Below, in pieces: positions 11,850 to 25,158 of a stretch of DNA of 64,000 nucleotides (its first letter is position 1; each line of letters opens with the position of its first letter). The position numbers were made by a program, and so were the translations under genes. The stretch is from Octopus vulgaris. Its lineage: Eukaryota. Under the pieces are notes generated by a model, which ran no database searches, was not told the DNA's origin, and saw only the letters and a list, made by a program, of their open reading frames with translations. The stretch lies in contig OX597814.1 in the NCBI GenBank assembly GCA_951406725.2, forward strand, positions 142,290,001 to 142,354,000, in the 5' to 3' direction.

Positions 11850-14250
11850 TTCACTTTGTTTTTTTTTTCAGTTTAAACTTTTGTTATAGAAAAAAATCTA
11901 TAATTTATTATTCAACGTTAAAAGGTAAGGAATTATTTCGTAATTTCACTTCAATTAAGATCGAACATAATTATTACAAAAAAAAGAAAAAATTGCTGTC
12001 TGTAAAATTTAACTGAATTTTCAAATCCCACCAGATTGTTGATAAAATTGATAAATTATATATTTCCATGATGCTATGGCGGTGAACTGACAGATTCGTT
12101 AGCATGCGGGGTAGTATGCTTAGCGGAATTTTATCCATCTTTACGTTCGGAATTCAAAGTTCGTCGAGTTCGACTTTTCCTTCCATCCTTTCGGGGTCGA
12201 TAAAACCATCCCACTCCCACTGAAATTACTGGCATTGTACTAAAATTTGGAACTAAAATATTTATATGACGCTAAGGCGGTGAGCTGGCAGAATCGTTAG
12301 TACGCCGGGTAAAATGTTTAGCAGATTTTCCTCCGTCTATACGATTTGAGCTCAAATTTCCTCCGTCTATACGATTTGAGCTCAAATTTCCTCCGTGGTC
12401 GACTTTTCTTTTCGTCGTGTCGGGGTTGATAAAATAAGTAAGTACCAGTTGAACACTGGCACCTTCTCCCGAAATTGCTCACCTTAAATCAAAATCTGAA
12501 GCCAATATATTTTTACGACGGAGGACCGGGTTTCTCTGAAGCGACGATGACCAACGTGTTCCGCATTTGTATTTTGAATTCAAATCCCACCGAGGTCGAC
12601 CCTACCTTTCATTCTTACTGTGTTGATACTGACTGCATCGCATCCCGTTAATACTTGACTGCTGCCCCCACCGACAATCAGACAGTCGGGTCAGATTCTG
12701 ATGAGGGTGGGATCAATCAAATTTAGTTACATCTCTTTTTGTTCTGAAATCAAATCCTGCCAAGATCGACTTTGTCGTATTCTCCTGGGGCGAGTGGATT
12801 CAAATATCAGTGAAGTAAAGTCTACGTCTATATGATCGACTAAAGGAGTGTGGCCTAGTGGTTGAAGTGTTGCGCTCCCGATCGCAAGGTCATGGCTTCG
12901 ATACCTGGGTCAGGCAGCGTGTTATGTTCTTCAGCAAAGTACTTCATTTCACGTTGCTCCATTTCATTCACCAATAAATGAGTAACCCTGCAAAAGATTG
13001 CCGTTCTGTTCAGGAGAAAATGTTGCGCTCTCGGTCATTTTATACGCCATGGAAACCGGGTGACCTGCTCCATGAGTCATAAGACTCGAGACACGACTTC
13101 CTTTACTAGTACCGACACCAACTCGTTTATATTTGACTGCACCCTCCCACCAAAAAATTTGGCTCTTAGCTTATGTTAAAAATTTAGTTGCATTTCATTT
13201 TACGTTCTGGGTTCAAATCGCGCCGTAATCGACATTGTCATTCTTCCGGAAAAGGTGGATGAGAGGTCAGTCAAGTAAATACTGCGTCGAATAAAATCGA
13301 TCGTTCACACTGCCATAGTCACCACCACCACCACCACCACCGCCGCCGCCGCCGCTGTTACCAGCAACTACAGCAAGCGCCCCCACAAAAACTATACGAG
13401 GCGCTATGCTACATAATCAGGATTTAATCACGTCCTTTTACACCCAGAGTTCAGATTCCACCTTTGTCATCTCCGCTTCTCATCTTTCCACGGTTGATAA
13501 AATAAGGTACCATTCTAGTACTAATACACTTATGATTTGTTTGCTCTATAAGGCGGCGAGCTGGCAGAATGGCTAGCACGCCGGGCTAAAAATGCTTAGC
13601 GACATTTCGTCCATCTTTACGTTCTGAGATTAAACTCCACCGAGGTCGATTTTGTCTCCCATCCCTTTCGGGAGTCGATAAAATAACTACCAGTTATGCA
13701 TTGAGGTCGATTTACCCCCTTCCCCGAAACTGTTGACCTTGTGCCGAAATTTGAAATCATTATTTGACTGTTCTAAGGCGGCGAGCTGGCAAAATCGTTA
13801 GCAATCTGGACGAAATGTTTAGCGGTTTTTCGCCCGTCGCTACGTTCTGAGTTCAAATTCCGCCGAGGTCGACTTTGCCTTTCATCCTTTCGGGGTCGAC
13901 TGTTCCCCTCCCCACAAAATCCAGACCGTGTAGCTATATTTGACTGTTCTGAAAACGGTAAGCTCGTGGAATCGTTAGCCCGTCACAAAATTCTTGATGA
14001 CATTTCTTCAGGCTCTTTACCATCAGAATTTAAATTTCAGCGGGGCCAATTCTGTCTTTCATCTTTTCAGGGTCGATAAAATAAAGTACCAATCAAATAC
14101 TGGAGTCGATGTAACAAGCTAACTAACCCTTTCTCCGTGAAATTGCTGGCCCTGTGCCAAAATTAGAAGTTATTATTTCGTTGCTTCCTCCTATAAAATC
14201 TCCGGCCTGAGAATACGTTACAATTCTACACCTCTTTTTACATTCTGAGT
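11311..14250 (+). repeat. cluster / degenerate tandem array of same-strand SINE-A copies
   Basis: Units start near 11311 (15-bp TSD TAGATAGTTCAGTTG), 12077, 12275, 12520, 12740, 13190, 13430, 13552, 13777 and 13957. Recurring linkers TATTT..ATGA(T/C)GCTA and ATTTGACTGTTCT. Confidence 0.75.
12845..13107 (+). mobile_element. tRNA-derived SINE, body Y + tail T2
   Basis: TGGCCTAGTGGTT...TTCGATACC head; CAGCAAAGTACTTCATTTCACGTTGCTCCA body; GGAAACCGGG...ATGAGTC...CTCGAG tail. Confidence 0.75.
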
Positions 14251-14459
14251 TCAAGTATTACCTAGCTGCGTGTCATGTATACTTACATACTCTTTTCAAG
14301 CTAGCATTTTGCACAACATTTTCTATGTGGTGATACTTTCTATATCAATTCTACTCAGATAGTACTTCTCACTTTCACCAACATGGTGTATACCTTTAGT
14401 CACCAACTTAGTATTCATAACTCGGTCACATATTAGTTTCCTTTGTTGATAAAAAGCCA

Positions 14460-14995
14460 GCTGATTTCGTCAACCCCAATGCTCAACTGGTACTTATTTT
14501 ATCGACCCCAAAAGCTTAAAAGACAAAAATCGACGTCGACGAAATTTGAACTCAGAACATGAAGACCGACGAAATACCTATTTCTTTATTACCCACAAGG
14601 GGCTAAACACAGAGGGGACAAAGAAGGACAGACAAACGGATTAAGTCGATTATGTCGACCCCAGTGCGTAACTGGTACTTATTTAATCGATCCCGAAAGG
14701 ATGAAAGGCAAAGTCGACCTTGGCGGAATTTGAACTCAGAACGTAACGGCAGACGAAATACCTATTTCTTTACTACCCACAAGAGGCTAAACAAAGAGGG
14801 GACAAAGAAGGACAGACAAACGGATTAGGTCGATTACATCGACCCCAGTACGTAACTGGTACTTAATTTTATCGACCCCGAAAGGATGAAAGGCAAAGTC
14901 GACCTTGGCGGAATTTGAACTCAGAACGTAACAGCAGACGAAATACCGCTAAGCATTTCGCCCGGCGTGCTAACGTTTCTGACAGCTCGCCGCCC
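14460..14995 (-). mobile_element. SINE-A trimer (one head, three bodies, about 184-185 bp period)
   Basis: GAAATACC recurs at 14571, 14755 and 14940. Two alpha tails; the last unit is more diverged. Confidence 0.9.
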
Positions 14996-15077
14996 TAACT
15001 TGGTCATCTATTGATGACAATGATGCATCAGGTTGTTTTTTTCTCTCTCCTCTCTCTCTTTTCCCTCCCTCTCTCTT

Positions 15078-15114
<37 letters not shown>

Positions 15115-15338
15115 AGATAACTGCAGTTAAATCAATCCCAAGGTATTTCGGTCTTTATCTTATATATTTGGCCAATGCAGTTGTCCTAGATATACAAAAT
15201 GGCGAAATGGTCATGGTTGGTACACATTTGATCGTATGTCAGTTCGTTCAGAGTTTATGTAACAACAGGAAATGAGTATGAAATGGCTACACAAAGAAAC
15301 AACAATGAAAGTCAAAAAATAGCCTCTCACTAGTAAGA

Positions 15339-15410
15339 GGTTCTATGGTGTAATGGTTAGCACTCTGGACTTTGAATCCAGCGATCTGAGTTCAAGTCTC
15401 GGTAGAACCT
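15339..15410 (+). tRNA. trnQ-TTG: tRNA-Gln (anticodon TTG)
   Basis: 72 nt. Acceptor stem GGTTCTA/TAGAACC, anticodon arm CTGGA-CT-TTG-AA-TCCAG, T arm CTGAG-TTCAAGT-CTCGG; matches the eukaryotic tRNA-Gln consensus. Confidence 0.95.
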
Positions 15411-15421
15411 ATAAAGTTAAC

Positions 15422-15430
15422 TTTTTTTTT
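15422..15430 (+). terminator. RNA polymerase III oligo-T terminator of tRNA-Gln
   Basis: T9 run 11 nt downstream of the tRNA 3' end. Confidence 0.8.
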
Positions 15431-15442
15431 CGACTTTTTAGG

Positions 15443-15690
15443 CAGGCAGGGATGTGTGGTTAAGAAGCTAACTTTGGAACTATATGGTTTAGGGTTCATT
15501 CGCAATGCGCGGTACCTTGGGCAAGTGTTTACAACTGTAGCTACGAGCCAACCATTTCCTTGTTAGTGAACTTAATAAACAGAACATGTATGGAAGAAGC
15601 CCGACGATTTTACTTATATTTATGTGTTTGTGTTTGTATCCCCACCACTACTTGATAACCGGTGTTGGTTTGTTTTGTCCCCGTAGCTTA
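15443..15690 (+). mobile_element. diverged CORE-type SINE (family C)
   Basis: TGTGTGGTTAAGAAGC...GGGTTCA head; CORE-like ACCTTGGGCAAGTGT; GAAGCCCG; CTTGATAACCGGTGTTGG. Confidence 0.75.
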
Positions 15691-17467
15691 TCATGTGCTT
15701 GGCTACACACTCTATTCTATCTTTTTATTAATATAGAGGTAAGTTTACAAAAAATATTTCACCGAAAAGTAATATTTGACACAACTTACTAGTAGATGCT
15801 GCGTTAAAACACAGAATACTACGACAGTTTGCCATGGGAAAACTTCTCATATAGATTTATGGTACATATAAGCTAGCGGGGGATGAGCAACAGCCATCGC
15901 CGCCGCCGGGACAACCAGATCACGCGATTTTGGCCTTCCTTGGCCTTGTCAATGGCAAACCCCCGAAAGCTGGAAATAGCAGCGAATACTTAGCGATATA
16001 CTTAGAATTTCAGTGTCTAACCAGGCACTGGTGTCGCAAATGGCCAGTGGCTTTATTAAAAATTAATAGCGATAGGTTGGATAACTGCCAGGTTGTGAAC
16101 GACTGTTCTATGACACCAGAAGAGTAGCAGGAAAAATTCTCAAACCCCAAAGCTTCAGAGCCTGACAAATATACACTTAAGCATTAATTTTGTTCTGCTA
16201 AATCTGGATTATCTGTTTCTGCTCTTTGTTCAGAAGACTGACTTTCAAAATCGTCTCCTTCCTTTCTTTTTTCACCCAGATTTCCAGGATACTAATCATA
16301 AGCAGATTATTTTTTTCCTACAATTTCTTTCTGTAGGAATTAGTTATTTTGACGTTCCAATCTTATAGCGTTCTTAATAAAATAAAGAAATGTTTTTTCC
16401 TATGCCAGAAAAAAAAAACCCAAAAAAACCAAAGAACTCGTTGCACACGAGCGGTGTTAATCTATGTATTTATTTAATCAAATGTTTGTTTCGTTTCAGG
16501 ATGATGAAAGTAGCTAACACCTAACTGGCTTCACATCAGTATAATGTACGGTTAATGTCTTTATAATGTAAAAAGGAACAGATTTATTTTCTATTTGCCG
16601 CCGAAATTTCATTTAGCTTTATTTGAGCAAATGCAATTATAAGATACATTAAATGTACGAAGTCGAAATAATTGCAGAGTAGCCTTCTATATTACTGTTT
16701 TCTTATTTATGTTCTACGTTAAAATTTGGTCTTGTTGACGCGAGATATGTCACTACTGCAAGCATGACTTTGTAGTAAAGAAGTTTGTCATGTAGAGACA
16801 TGAGTACAGAGTTCGAGTCCGCTGCGCGGCAAATTCGGCAAACATTGAAATTTGATAGGCGGTTACTGTGCAGAAAACTATTGTGTAGATAGATATAGAT
16901 AGATAGACAGATAAATAGATATGCATATATGTTTACATAGACCCCCTAGGCAAAACAAGGCATCGGGCCCTACATTCACAATCACAGCATACATAGTTTA
17001 CCACTGGACCTCCTAGACTTGTGGGTAACTGGGATAATTTTGGGGTAACTTCCCGGTGTACCCATATCTTAAGTCGCTACTGGTAAGAAGTGTTCACCGC
17101 ATTGGAGACATGTAAAGAGATACGCCACCCAGATGAATAGATAAAAAGCGACCACATCCCTAGGAGAGTTGTGAGGAAAAGTTTTCAGGCATCTCCTCCA
17201 TAGGGTCCTATCGGTGACATATAAAATGACAAAGCTGAAGCAAAAGATCTAAGATTACCGAATTGACATACAAATATTTGAACTTCGATAAACTTGTAAA
17301 TATAACTAATGTGAGTTTTACTAACTTGACAAGACAAATATTGTCCGGACATGTGATGGCTAAATGAGAAAGAAAAATTACATGGGGGTGGGGTTTGTTA
17401 CGAAGGGTAGTGCCTTGTTGCTCGAGGAGTACATACAGGAAGGTTATATACCATGTATATCGAATAA

Positions 17468-17882
17468 GGCGGCGAGCTGGCGGAAACGTTAGCATACCGG
17501 GCGAAATGCGTAGCCGTATATAGTCTGCCGTTACGTTCTGAATTCAAATTGCGCCGAGGTCGACTTTGCCTTTCATCCTTTCGGGGTCGATAAATTAAGT
17601 CCCAGTTACGCATTGGGGTCGATATAATCGACTTACTCCGTTTGTCTATCCTTGTTTGTCCTCTCTGTGTTTAGCCCCTTGTGAGTAGTAAAGAAACAAG
17701 TATTTCGTCTGTCGTTACGTTCTGAGTTCAAATTGCGCCGAGGTCGACTTTGCCTTTCATCCTTTCGGGGTCGATAAATAAAGTACCAGTTTCGCACTGG
17801 GGGCCGATGTAATCGACTTAATCCCTTTGTCTGTCCTTGTTTGTCCCCTCTATGTTTAGCCTCTTGTGGGTAGTAAAGAAAT
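17468..17882 (+). mobile_element. SINE-A dimer, both units alpha-tailed
   Basis: Head at 17468, junction at about 17698/17699; flanking near-TSD CATGTATATCGAAT / CATATATATCGAAT. Confidence 0.9.
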
Positions 17883-19115
17883 ATATATATCATATATATC
17901 GAATCGAATCCAATCTAATCCAAAAAGTTTTCTGCTGAAATTTATCGGTGCGTTTGAGAGGCTGGATTAATATTAAGATTATATTCAAATAAAGATGTTT
18001 TTTTTATTTGCCACAAGGGTAAAGGTTATATTAAAATAATAAAAGAAATGTGTTATAACCTTGTCTTACATATCTTAAAATAACAGTACAACAAACTTAG
18101 CTGACCTCCGCTAGTCCCCATCTGCAACAGCTGACAAGCATTAAGTAATCAACCGGTGTCCTATGGTGAGATCTGTTTACTCTGCCTCTTCTGCGTACTC
18201 TTTCACGTGGTTTTGTCCGAACGTTCACCGAGCCGAGGGCGCTCAGTGCAAATATATATCACCAGTATCTAATTAATATATTGGTAGTTAGTGCTCTGTT
18301 TACAGAGAGAATCTTAAAATTCTCTGAGACTGACCAGTTTGCTTTAGTCAGGACAGTTACATAAAACCCTTTATTGCTATTTCTTTAGATTTTTATTCTT
18401 TTACTTGTTTCAGTCATTTGACTGCGGCCATGCTGGAGTACCGCCTTTAGTCGAACTAATCTACCCCAGGACTTATTCTTTGTAAGCAGTGCCCCAGCAA
18501 GGCCGTAGTCCAGTGACTGAAACAAGTAACAGATAAAAGATAGGCAAACGTTTATGTCGATGCCAAAATTCTATTTTTAAAGATGGCTGCCTAAACGATA
18601 TTTTTAAGATAATACTGGTCAAATATTAATAAAAACAGAAACAAATATTTGCCTCTCTCTAATTCTACTTCTAATATTCTCCTAAGAAACAATATAATTG
18701 TTACAAACTCTATTTATCTGAGAAGAAAATTATTAAATGGTTAATATTTGCTGAACAAAACACAGTGATTAAATATATAACCTGAAGGTCACTTCTCTTA
18801 TCATCACTAACAGTACTAACACCATCACCCTTAATAGCAGATCTCCGCCCTCCATTGATTCTGCATCTAATGTCTCATCTTTTCTTAGATCATAAGCGGC
18901 AAATCTATATCAACGCTTTCACTGCAATGAACAGCATTCCTTTAATTGCTTGACTGTATCCGTGACTCATCGTCAGAAGAGTAAATGAACAAATGAATAA
19001 ATGAATGAATGAATTCGTTATATTTGAATGAGGTTGGCACGTCTACCGGCAGATGGCAGTGTGCACACGTCTCTACACATACTTGAAATTGGCGCAAACT
19101 GTAATTCAATGATGC

Positions 19116-19160
<45 letters not shown>

Positions 19161-19164
19161 TGTC

Positions 19165-19198
<34 letters not shown>

Positions 19199-19363
19199 AT
19201 ACAGCTGATATTTGACCGCTTTTACGGAGCATTTATGGATTCTTGCATTGTCTGCTTGAATAAATGAATTAATGCATGACTAGTTGAGTGGACATGCATA
19301 CATACATGCACACTTACGTACATATATGCATGTGTTTATATATACACATACATATGCATATGC

Positions 19364-19419
<56 letters not shown>

Positions 19420-19573
19420 GAGTGGGAGAGGGGGAGAGAGAGTAAGAGATTTACAAATAGAGACGAGTTTTGTAGAAACAGTGATGAACATACTTAAGAG
19501 AACAGAATATGAATTTCAGTCCCTGCTAATTATTTTCACCTACCATTAAATAGCTGATTGAATATACGTGTGC

Positions 19574-19640
<67 letters not shown>

Positions 19641-19661
19641 CTGTCTCTCTCTCTATATATA

Positions 19662-19700
<39 letters not shown>

Positions 19701-19705
<5 letters not shown>

Positions 19706-19997
19706 CGTGATCACCGTGACCGACCAGGCTATCAGATGTTGCTACACATCGCTGGTCACAATGCGCTTCGCATTGTTTTAGCCTTCAAATGACGCCACCC
19801 CGCTGGCTAAGCGAGCAGGCCAACAGAAGAAAGAGTGAGAGAAAGTTGTGGCGAAAGAGTACAGCAGGGATCCCCACGACCCTCTGCTGGTGTCTCGTGG
19901 AGCTTTAGGTGTTTTCGCTCAATAAACACTCACAACGCCCGGTCTGGGAATCGAAACCACGAGACCGCTGCCCTAACCACTAGGCCATTGCGCCTCC
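19701..19997 (-). mobile_element. tRNA-derived SINE, body X + tail T3
   Basis: Head GGAGGCGCAATGGCCTAGTGGTTAGGGC; body GAGCGAAAACACCTAAAGCTCCACGAG; tail GCTTAGCCAGC...AATGCGAAGCGCATTGTGACCAGCG. Confidence 0.85.
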
Positions 19998-20005
19998 ACA
20001 CACAC

Positions 20006-20070
<65 letters not shown>

Positions 20071-20164
20071 CATATACGTATACATATGTGCACACTTACA
20101 CGCATATGCGTGTATATATCTACATCTATATCTATACCTATCAATCTATCTGTTTGTCTGCCTG

Positions 20165-20233
<69 letters not shown>

Positions 20234-20297
20234 ATATATATATATCTCTCTCTCTCTATATATATATATATATACATACATACATACACATATATGT

Positions 20298-20400
20298 GAC
20301 ATCTGACGAGACACATCTGCACCAGTGATGCACCATAACAGTTTTTACAGCATTTCACCTGCAAGGCACCGATGCACGATGGTCGAAACGATCATAGTGA
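20298..20400 (+). ncRNA. type I hammerhead ribozyme-like motif with long stem II
   Basis: CTGACGA (20303-20309), stem II GAC(A)CATC...GATGGTC extended by TGCA/TGCA pairing, GAAA (20385-20388), CGA-TC. Stem I is degenerate. Confidence 0.5.
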
Positions 20401-20445
20401 ATAATAGTCTCGTGAATTGCATTTTCTTTCTCTTTCTCACATATA

Positions 20446-20684
20446 GAGGGTGAGTCAAAAGTAGCGCCCAATTCCTATTTTAGGGTTGATATGTATGACT
20501 TCCCAGTTGGGAGATACTTTTAATTCCTAATTCCTGTTTTATGGGTTTGGGATATCAAAGAGTATTTACAATATGATACATGATCCCAGATTCAGTAACT
20601 TTCAAAACTGCCAGTAATAACCTTTATAACAACAAAGAAAGCGAAGCCTTCCCAGAAAATGGGCGCTACTTTTAACTCACCATA
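20446..20684. mobile_element. Tc1/mariner MITE
   Basis: TIRs GAGGGTGAGTCAAAAGTAGCGCCCA / TGGGCGCTACTTTTAACTCACC; TA flanks. Confidence 0.8.
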
Positions 20685-20719
20685 TATACGTATGTATGTA
20701 TGCATGCATGTATATGTGT

Positions 20720-20980
20720 GTAAAGGTTAAGGTAAAAGTTACCTTCTCGAGTCATACCGACTCATAAGAGCTGGTTTTCCGGTTTCATGGCGATATATTT
20801 TCCACCTGGATGGGACGCAAGTCCGTCACAGGATTACTCATCTTTGCTATCTGAGTGGACTGGAGCAACGTGAAATGAAGTGTTTTGCTCAAAAACACAG
20901 CGCATTGCCCGGTCCAAGAATCGAAACCACAATCTTGCGATCATGAATCCAATACCCTAACCACTAAGCCACAAGGCTCC
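20720..20980 (-). mobile_element. tRNA-derived SINE, body Y + tail T2
   Basis: Minus strand: GGCTTAGTGGTTAGGG...GAGCAAAACACTTCATTTCACGTTGCTCCAGTCCACTCAG...CATCCAGGTGG...ATGAGTC...CTCGAGAAGG. Confidence 0.85.
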
Positions 20981-22431
20981 ACATGTATATATGTTTGTGT
21001 GAAAGAGACAGAGGTAGAGAGAGGGGGAGGCGAGAGAGAGAGAGAGTAACCTAATCTGTGCGAGTGCGATCAGGTTTTAAATTCCAATTGCTATTAATTC
21101 CTTTCATCAATCATTGGTAATATGTTTAAGGAACATTTTGTTTCTCGTTTCGAGCAATGCCGTCGGCCCCTGGTATCCATCTAGACGCCGGTACGAAATC
21201 ATTGCAGTTGTATATTCGTCGTTCGTCCGAATTCCTCGGGACTTAAAGGTCTATTCTTCCAAAGGTAACTTCAGAGAGCCTAACAACAAGAATAAAACAA
21301 CAACACAACAACAACAGCAACACCAACCATAAGAAGAACATTAATAACAACAATAACAACAAACAAACAATGTCATTAAGAAATTAATAAAACGGTGAAT
21401 TGGCAGATTCGTTAGGGCGTCAGAAAGAATGCTATGTTGTATATGTTCCAAGAGTCTGCGCTCCGAATTCAAATCTTACCGAGATCATATTTTCCTTTCA
21501 CCATTTCGGAGTCGATTAATAAATTACCAACCCAGAACAGCAGATTGGAGGAATTGTAAGACTGCTTCGATGTATTTGTTCGAGCGCTTTCTGTTTTGAG
21601 TTCAAATCCCATCATGGCCAACTTCAATGGGCGACTTCATCCGACACCCGGTTGAAGGCCACTACCTGATAGATAGAGGTGTACGATACACAACGCACCC
21701 CATCCAGGTTTTATTTCTTAATTTTTTTCCCATGGAATCCGACCTTTTTGGCAACGGAGATTCAGATTATCCAATAAATAAATAAATAAATAAATAAAAA
21801 TTCAAAAATCAACTTTTCAAAATTAAAATTTCTCCACCACCCATTTTTTTTTCGTTTTTCAATATTTTAGCTACATTTTTTTTTTTTGATTCCACGTCAA
21901 AAAAAATACAAGGATTATTATTCTGTAAGGAAAAAATTTCTAAAATTTCAATTTTTAAAATAAAATTACGCTCCTCCCCACTCCGTGTACCTTGGAAGTC
22001 TACCTTTGGTGTCCATTCGGTTCAAGTATTTGAGCCAGGTCTCCAGTTTGAAGATGCTTTCCTCTTTCCTACGCATCAGGGTCTGTTATGGGTTACCACA
22101 TGATGAAAAAATAAAAGCAAAAACCAAAATAAATAAATAAAATAGAAAGAAAGAAAAACCCAGTACTTTGTTTCTAATTCATCTGAAGATTATTTAAACG
22201 GTTTTCAAGCTTACTTAAAGCAATGAAAATTCTCTTTAATCTACTCTGGTAGCTCTATCAATAAGTCATATTACTTTTAAGATAACGTGCCATAGTAGCA
22301 CCGACAAGGGCAGCTCAAAGAAAGTATTTTGACAGTGATCTGTACTTCGCTATAAAGCGATTTTATTTTACATGCACACACAAAGATATATATATATATA
22401 TATATATGTACACGCATGTAGATAGGCAAAC

Positions 22432-22528
<97 letters not shown>

Positions 22529-23957
22529 TACATACTCATACGTGAACATGAAGATGTGCACTACATACCGTTATATATTTGTTTTAGAAGCTCCTTGATT
22601 TGAAATCTTGTGTTGAAACAGCTGTTGTCGTATCTTGGAAGGGTCAATTTGTGTTTATATTGGCAATATAACGATATGTATGTATGTATGTATGTCATCA
22701 CCACCACTATCACCACCATGTCTTCAGAAATAAATGACATATTGAACGATGTAGTTACAGATAAAGGGGAAAATAAAAGAACAGGGTTGTAATGAATAGA
22801 ACACCGTTGATCTTAGGTCTCCTTGATAAGGGCTGAACTCTGCTTATGCAACAACTATGCCATAGACAGAGTTTACGATCTGCTAGATATAGTAACCAAA
22901 ATTCCCTCACATCTTACTTCATGGATCTTATCGGTTACTGTCACAGATTTCATAGTTTTTCAAATTTTGTTCCAGTTACTTTTAAATTTGGTTATGCCGA
23001 TTTAGTTTTGTATGCTGATTATGAAAACGAAATTCATTTTCGCCATAAATTAATAAATAAAATGCTGTCAGCAAATTTTTGAGTGATTTTAACCAATCGA
23101 AAGCTACCATTATACATATCACCGTAAATCTTACATTGGTTTGTGTTTCCATAGTGACAAGCAAAGCTGTAGTCTGCCCTGTTTTCGTACTTAGCATGAC
23201 TGTGACACTCACCACCGTAACCCCTCACTACATGTTTTGCCGTGGGATTTCATTTTGTTGCTGTCATTTTGTGAGGGAGCTATCACGCAGAAAATGTGCG
23301 GCTTCCGATTTCTGTTTTTTCATTGAACTAAAAATTATCAAACTTTGAACCTCAGTAACATTTTCCTGTTCTGTTTTTTTTTTTTTTCTGGAATTTTATA
23401 TGAATCCCAAATTCGGATTCAGCATGAAAAATTAAATTTGACTTACCAAATTTGAAAATTTTCAATCAATATAAAAATTTCCAAATCTGTGGCGGCAATC
23501 GAAAAATTTCTCTTCTTTGTCTTGGAATCTTAGGAGCTAAGTCATTCCAGGACATTCTAGTTATGGATACACTATAGCTTATAAAGAAAAAGAAAAGAAA
23601 AAAACGGATCAATATGTGCTTGTGGGTGCGTGTGTATATTATATGTTTATATCTGTACTTATATATGTATATATATATGTATATATTCATTATTGTATGC
23701 GTGCATGTATACATCTATGTATACATGTACATACATACATGCATACATACATACATGCATGCATACATACATGCATACATACATACATACATACATACAT
23801 ACATACATACGTACATACATACATACATACATACATACGTACATACATACATGTGTGTGTGTGTGTGTGTGTGTGTGCGTTTATGTAAATTCTTCAATCA
23901 AATATCACGGAAAACAAAATTTCGAAATGGTTTTAATGCAATCTACAGAGAGAATAA

Positions 23958-24067
<110 letters not shown>

Positions 24068-24525
24068 TGATGATGATGATGATGATGATGGTGATAAAGT
24101 TTTACTGATTTGTGTTCAGCACTTTCGCTAATTCCTATAGCGTTGCGGAAGAAGAAAAAATATTTTGAATCTGTAAACGCTTACAAAATCATTTCAGAAC
24201 ATTTCATTTTTGTTCAAGCATTAAGTACAAATTTTACTCATAACGGTTAAAAATCATTTCTCCTCGAAATAAGACGCCAAAGAATTAGAGATAGAATAAT
24301 TAAATAAGGTCATTACAAATGAGAGGAAAACGCAAGCACACACACATACATACACGCACACACACACATACAGCACACACTTAATGACATATATACACGC
24401 ATATATACATACATGCATACATAATTTAACTTTGCAATCATGCACTATTTAAATATACACAAACACTTCCAAGAGTAATAAATATAGAAATAAAATAAAA
24501 TATAGAAATATGCAAAAAGTGAGAT

Positions 24526-24559
<34 letters not shown>

Positions 24560-24644
24560 GCATTATTATAAATGTATATGTTATTTTGTATATATATGTG
24601 TGCATGTACGTTTACACATATATTTTTTTATCTAAATATATGTA

Positions 24645-24957
24645 TAGTGGAACCTCAGTTTATGACGCCTCTCATCACAAATAAATCGGTTTACGAGCAA
24701 TTTTTCGAACACAAATCGTCTCAATTGACGAACGGTGTCTCTAACAACGAACACGCAAGCCGGCAAGAACGGTTGGTGTCAAGCTGGGAGTATCAATGGG
24801 AGTTACTGCCTAACTTTTGTTCAGCGTACGTCCCTGCTCAAATTCGCTGTGTCTTCTCTTCAGTATTTTCTCTGGATAAATTGTTTCGGTTCACGAACAT
24901 TTCGGGTAACGAACGCCCTTCAAGAACAAATTAAATTCATAAATCCTGGTTACACTG
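24645..24957. mobile_element. pogo/Tigger-like MITE
   Basis: TIRs (T/C)AGTGGAACCTCAGTTTATGA / TTCATAAATCCTGGTTACACTG with TA TSD. Confidence 0.7.
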
Positions 24958-25053
24958 TATACATATATATATTTATGTATGAGTGTGTGTGTGTATGTGT
25001 GTTTGTAATATATGTGTACTTTTAATATTCACATACATACATACATACATACA

Positions 25054-25089
<36 letters not shown>

Positions 25090-25090
25090 C

Positions 25091-25158
<68 letters not shown>

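Noticed and set aside
11311-14995. Regularly spaced repeats resembling a CRISPR array
   Set aside because: Units are SINE bodies of about 185-230 bp in a eukaryotic context; no short repeat/unique spacer structure or cas genes.
16480-16520. Possible terminal exon (TTTCGTTTCAG|GATGATGAAAGTAGCTAA, DDESS*)
   Set aside because: A plausible acceptor, but only five codons and no identifiable upstream exon; would need RNA-seq.
21140-21275. CpG-rich stretch ending AAG|GTAACT, possible exon
   Set aside because: No recognisable protein in any frame and no clear acceptor.
22960-23465. Degenerate inverted repeats (AAATTTGGT...ATGCTGA...ATTCAT)
   Set aside because: Probably an old DNA transposon, but termini and TSD could not be defined.
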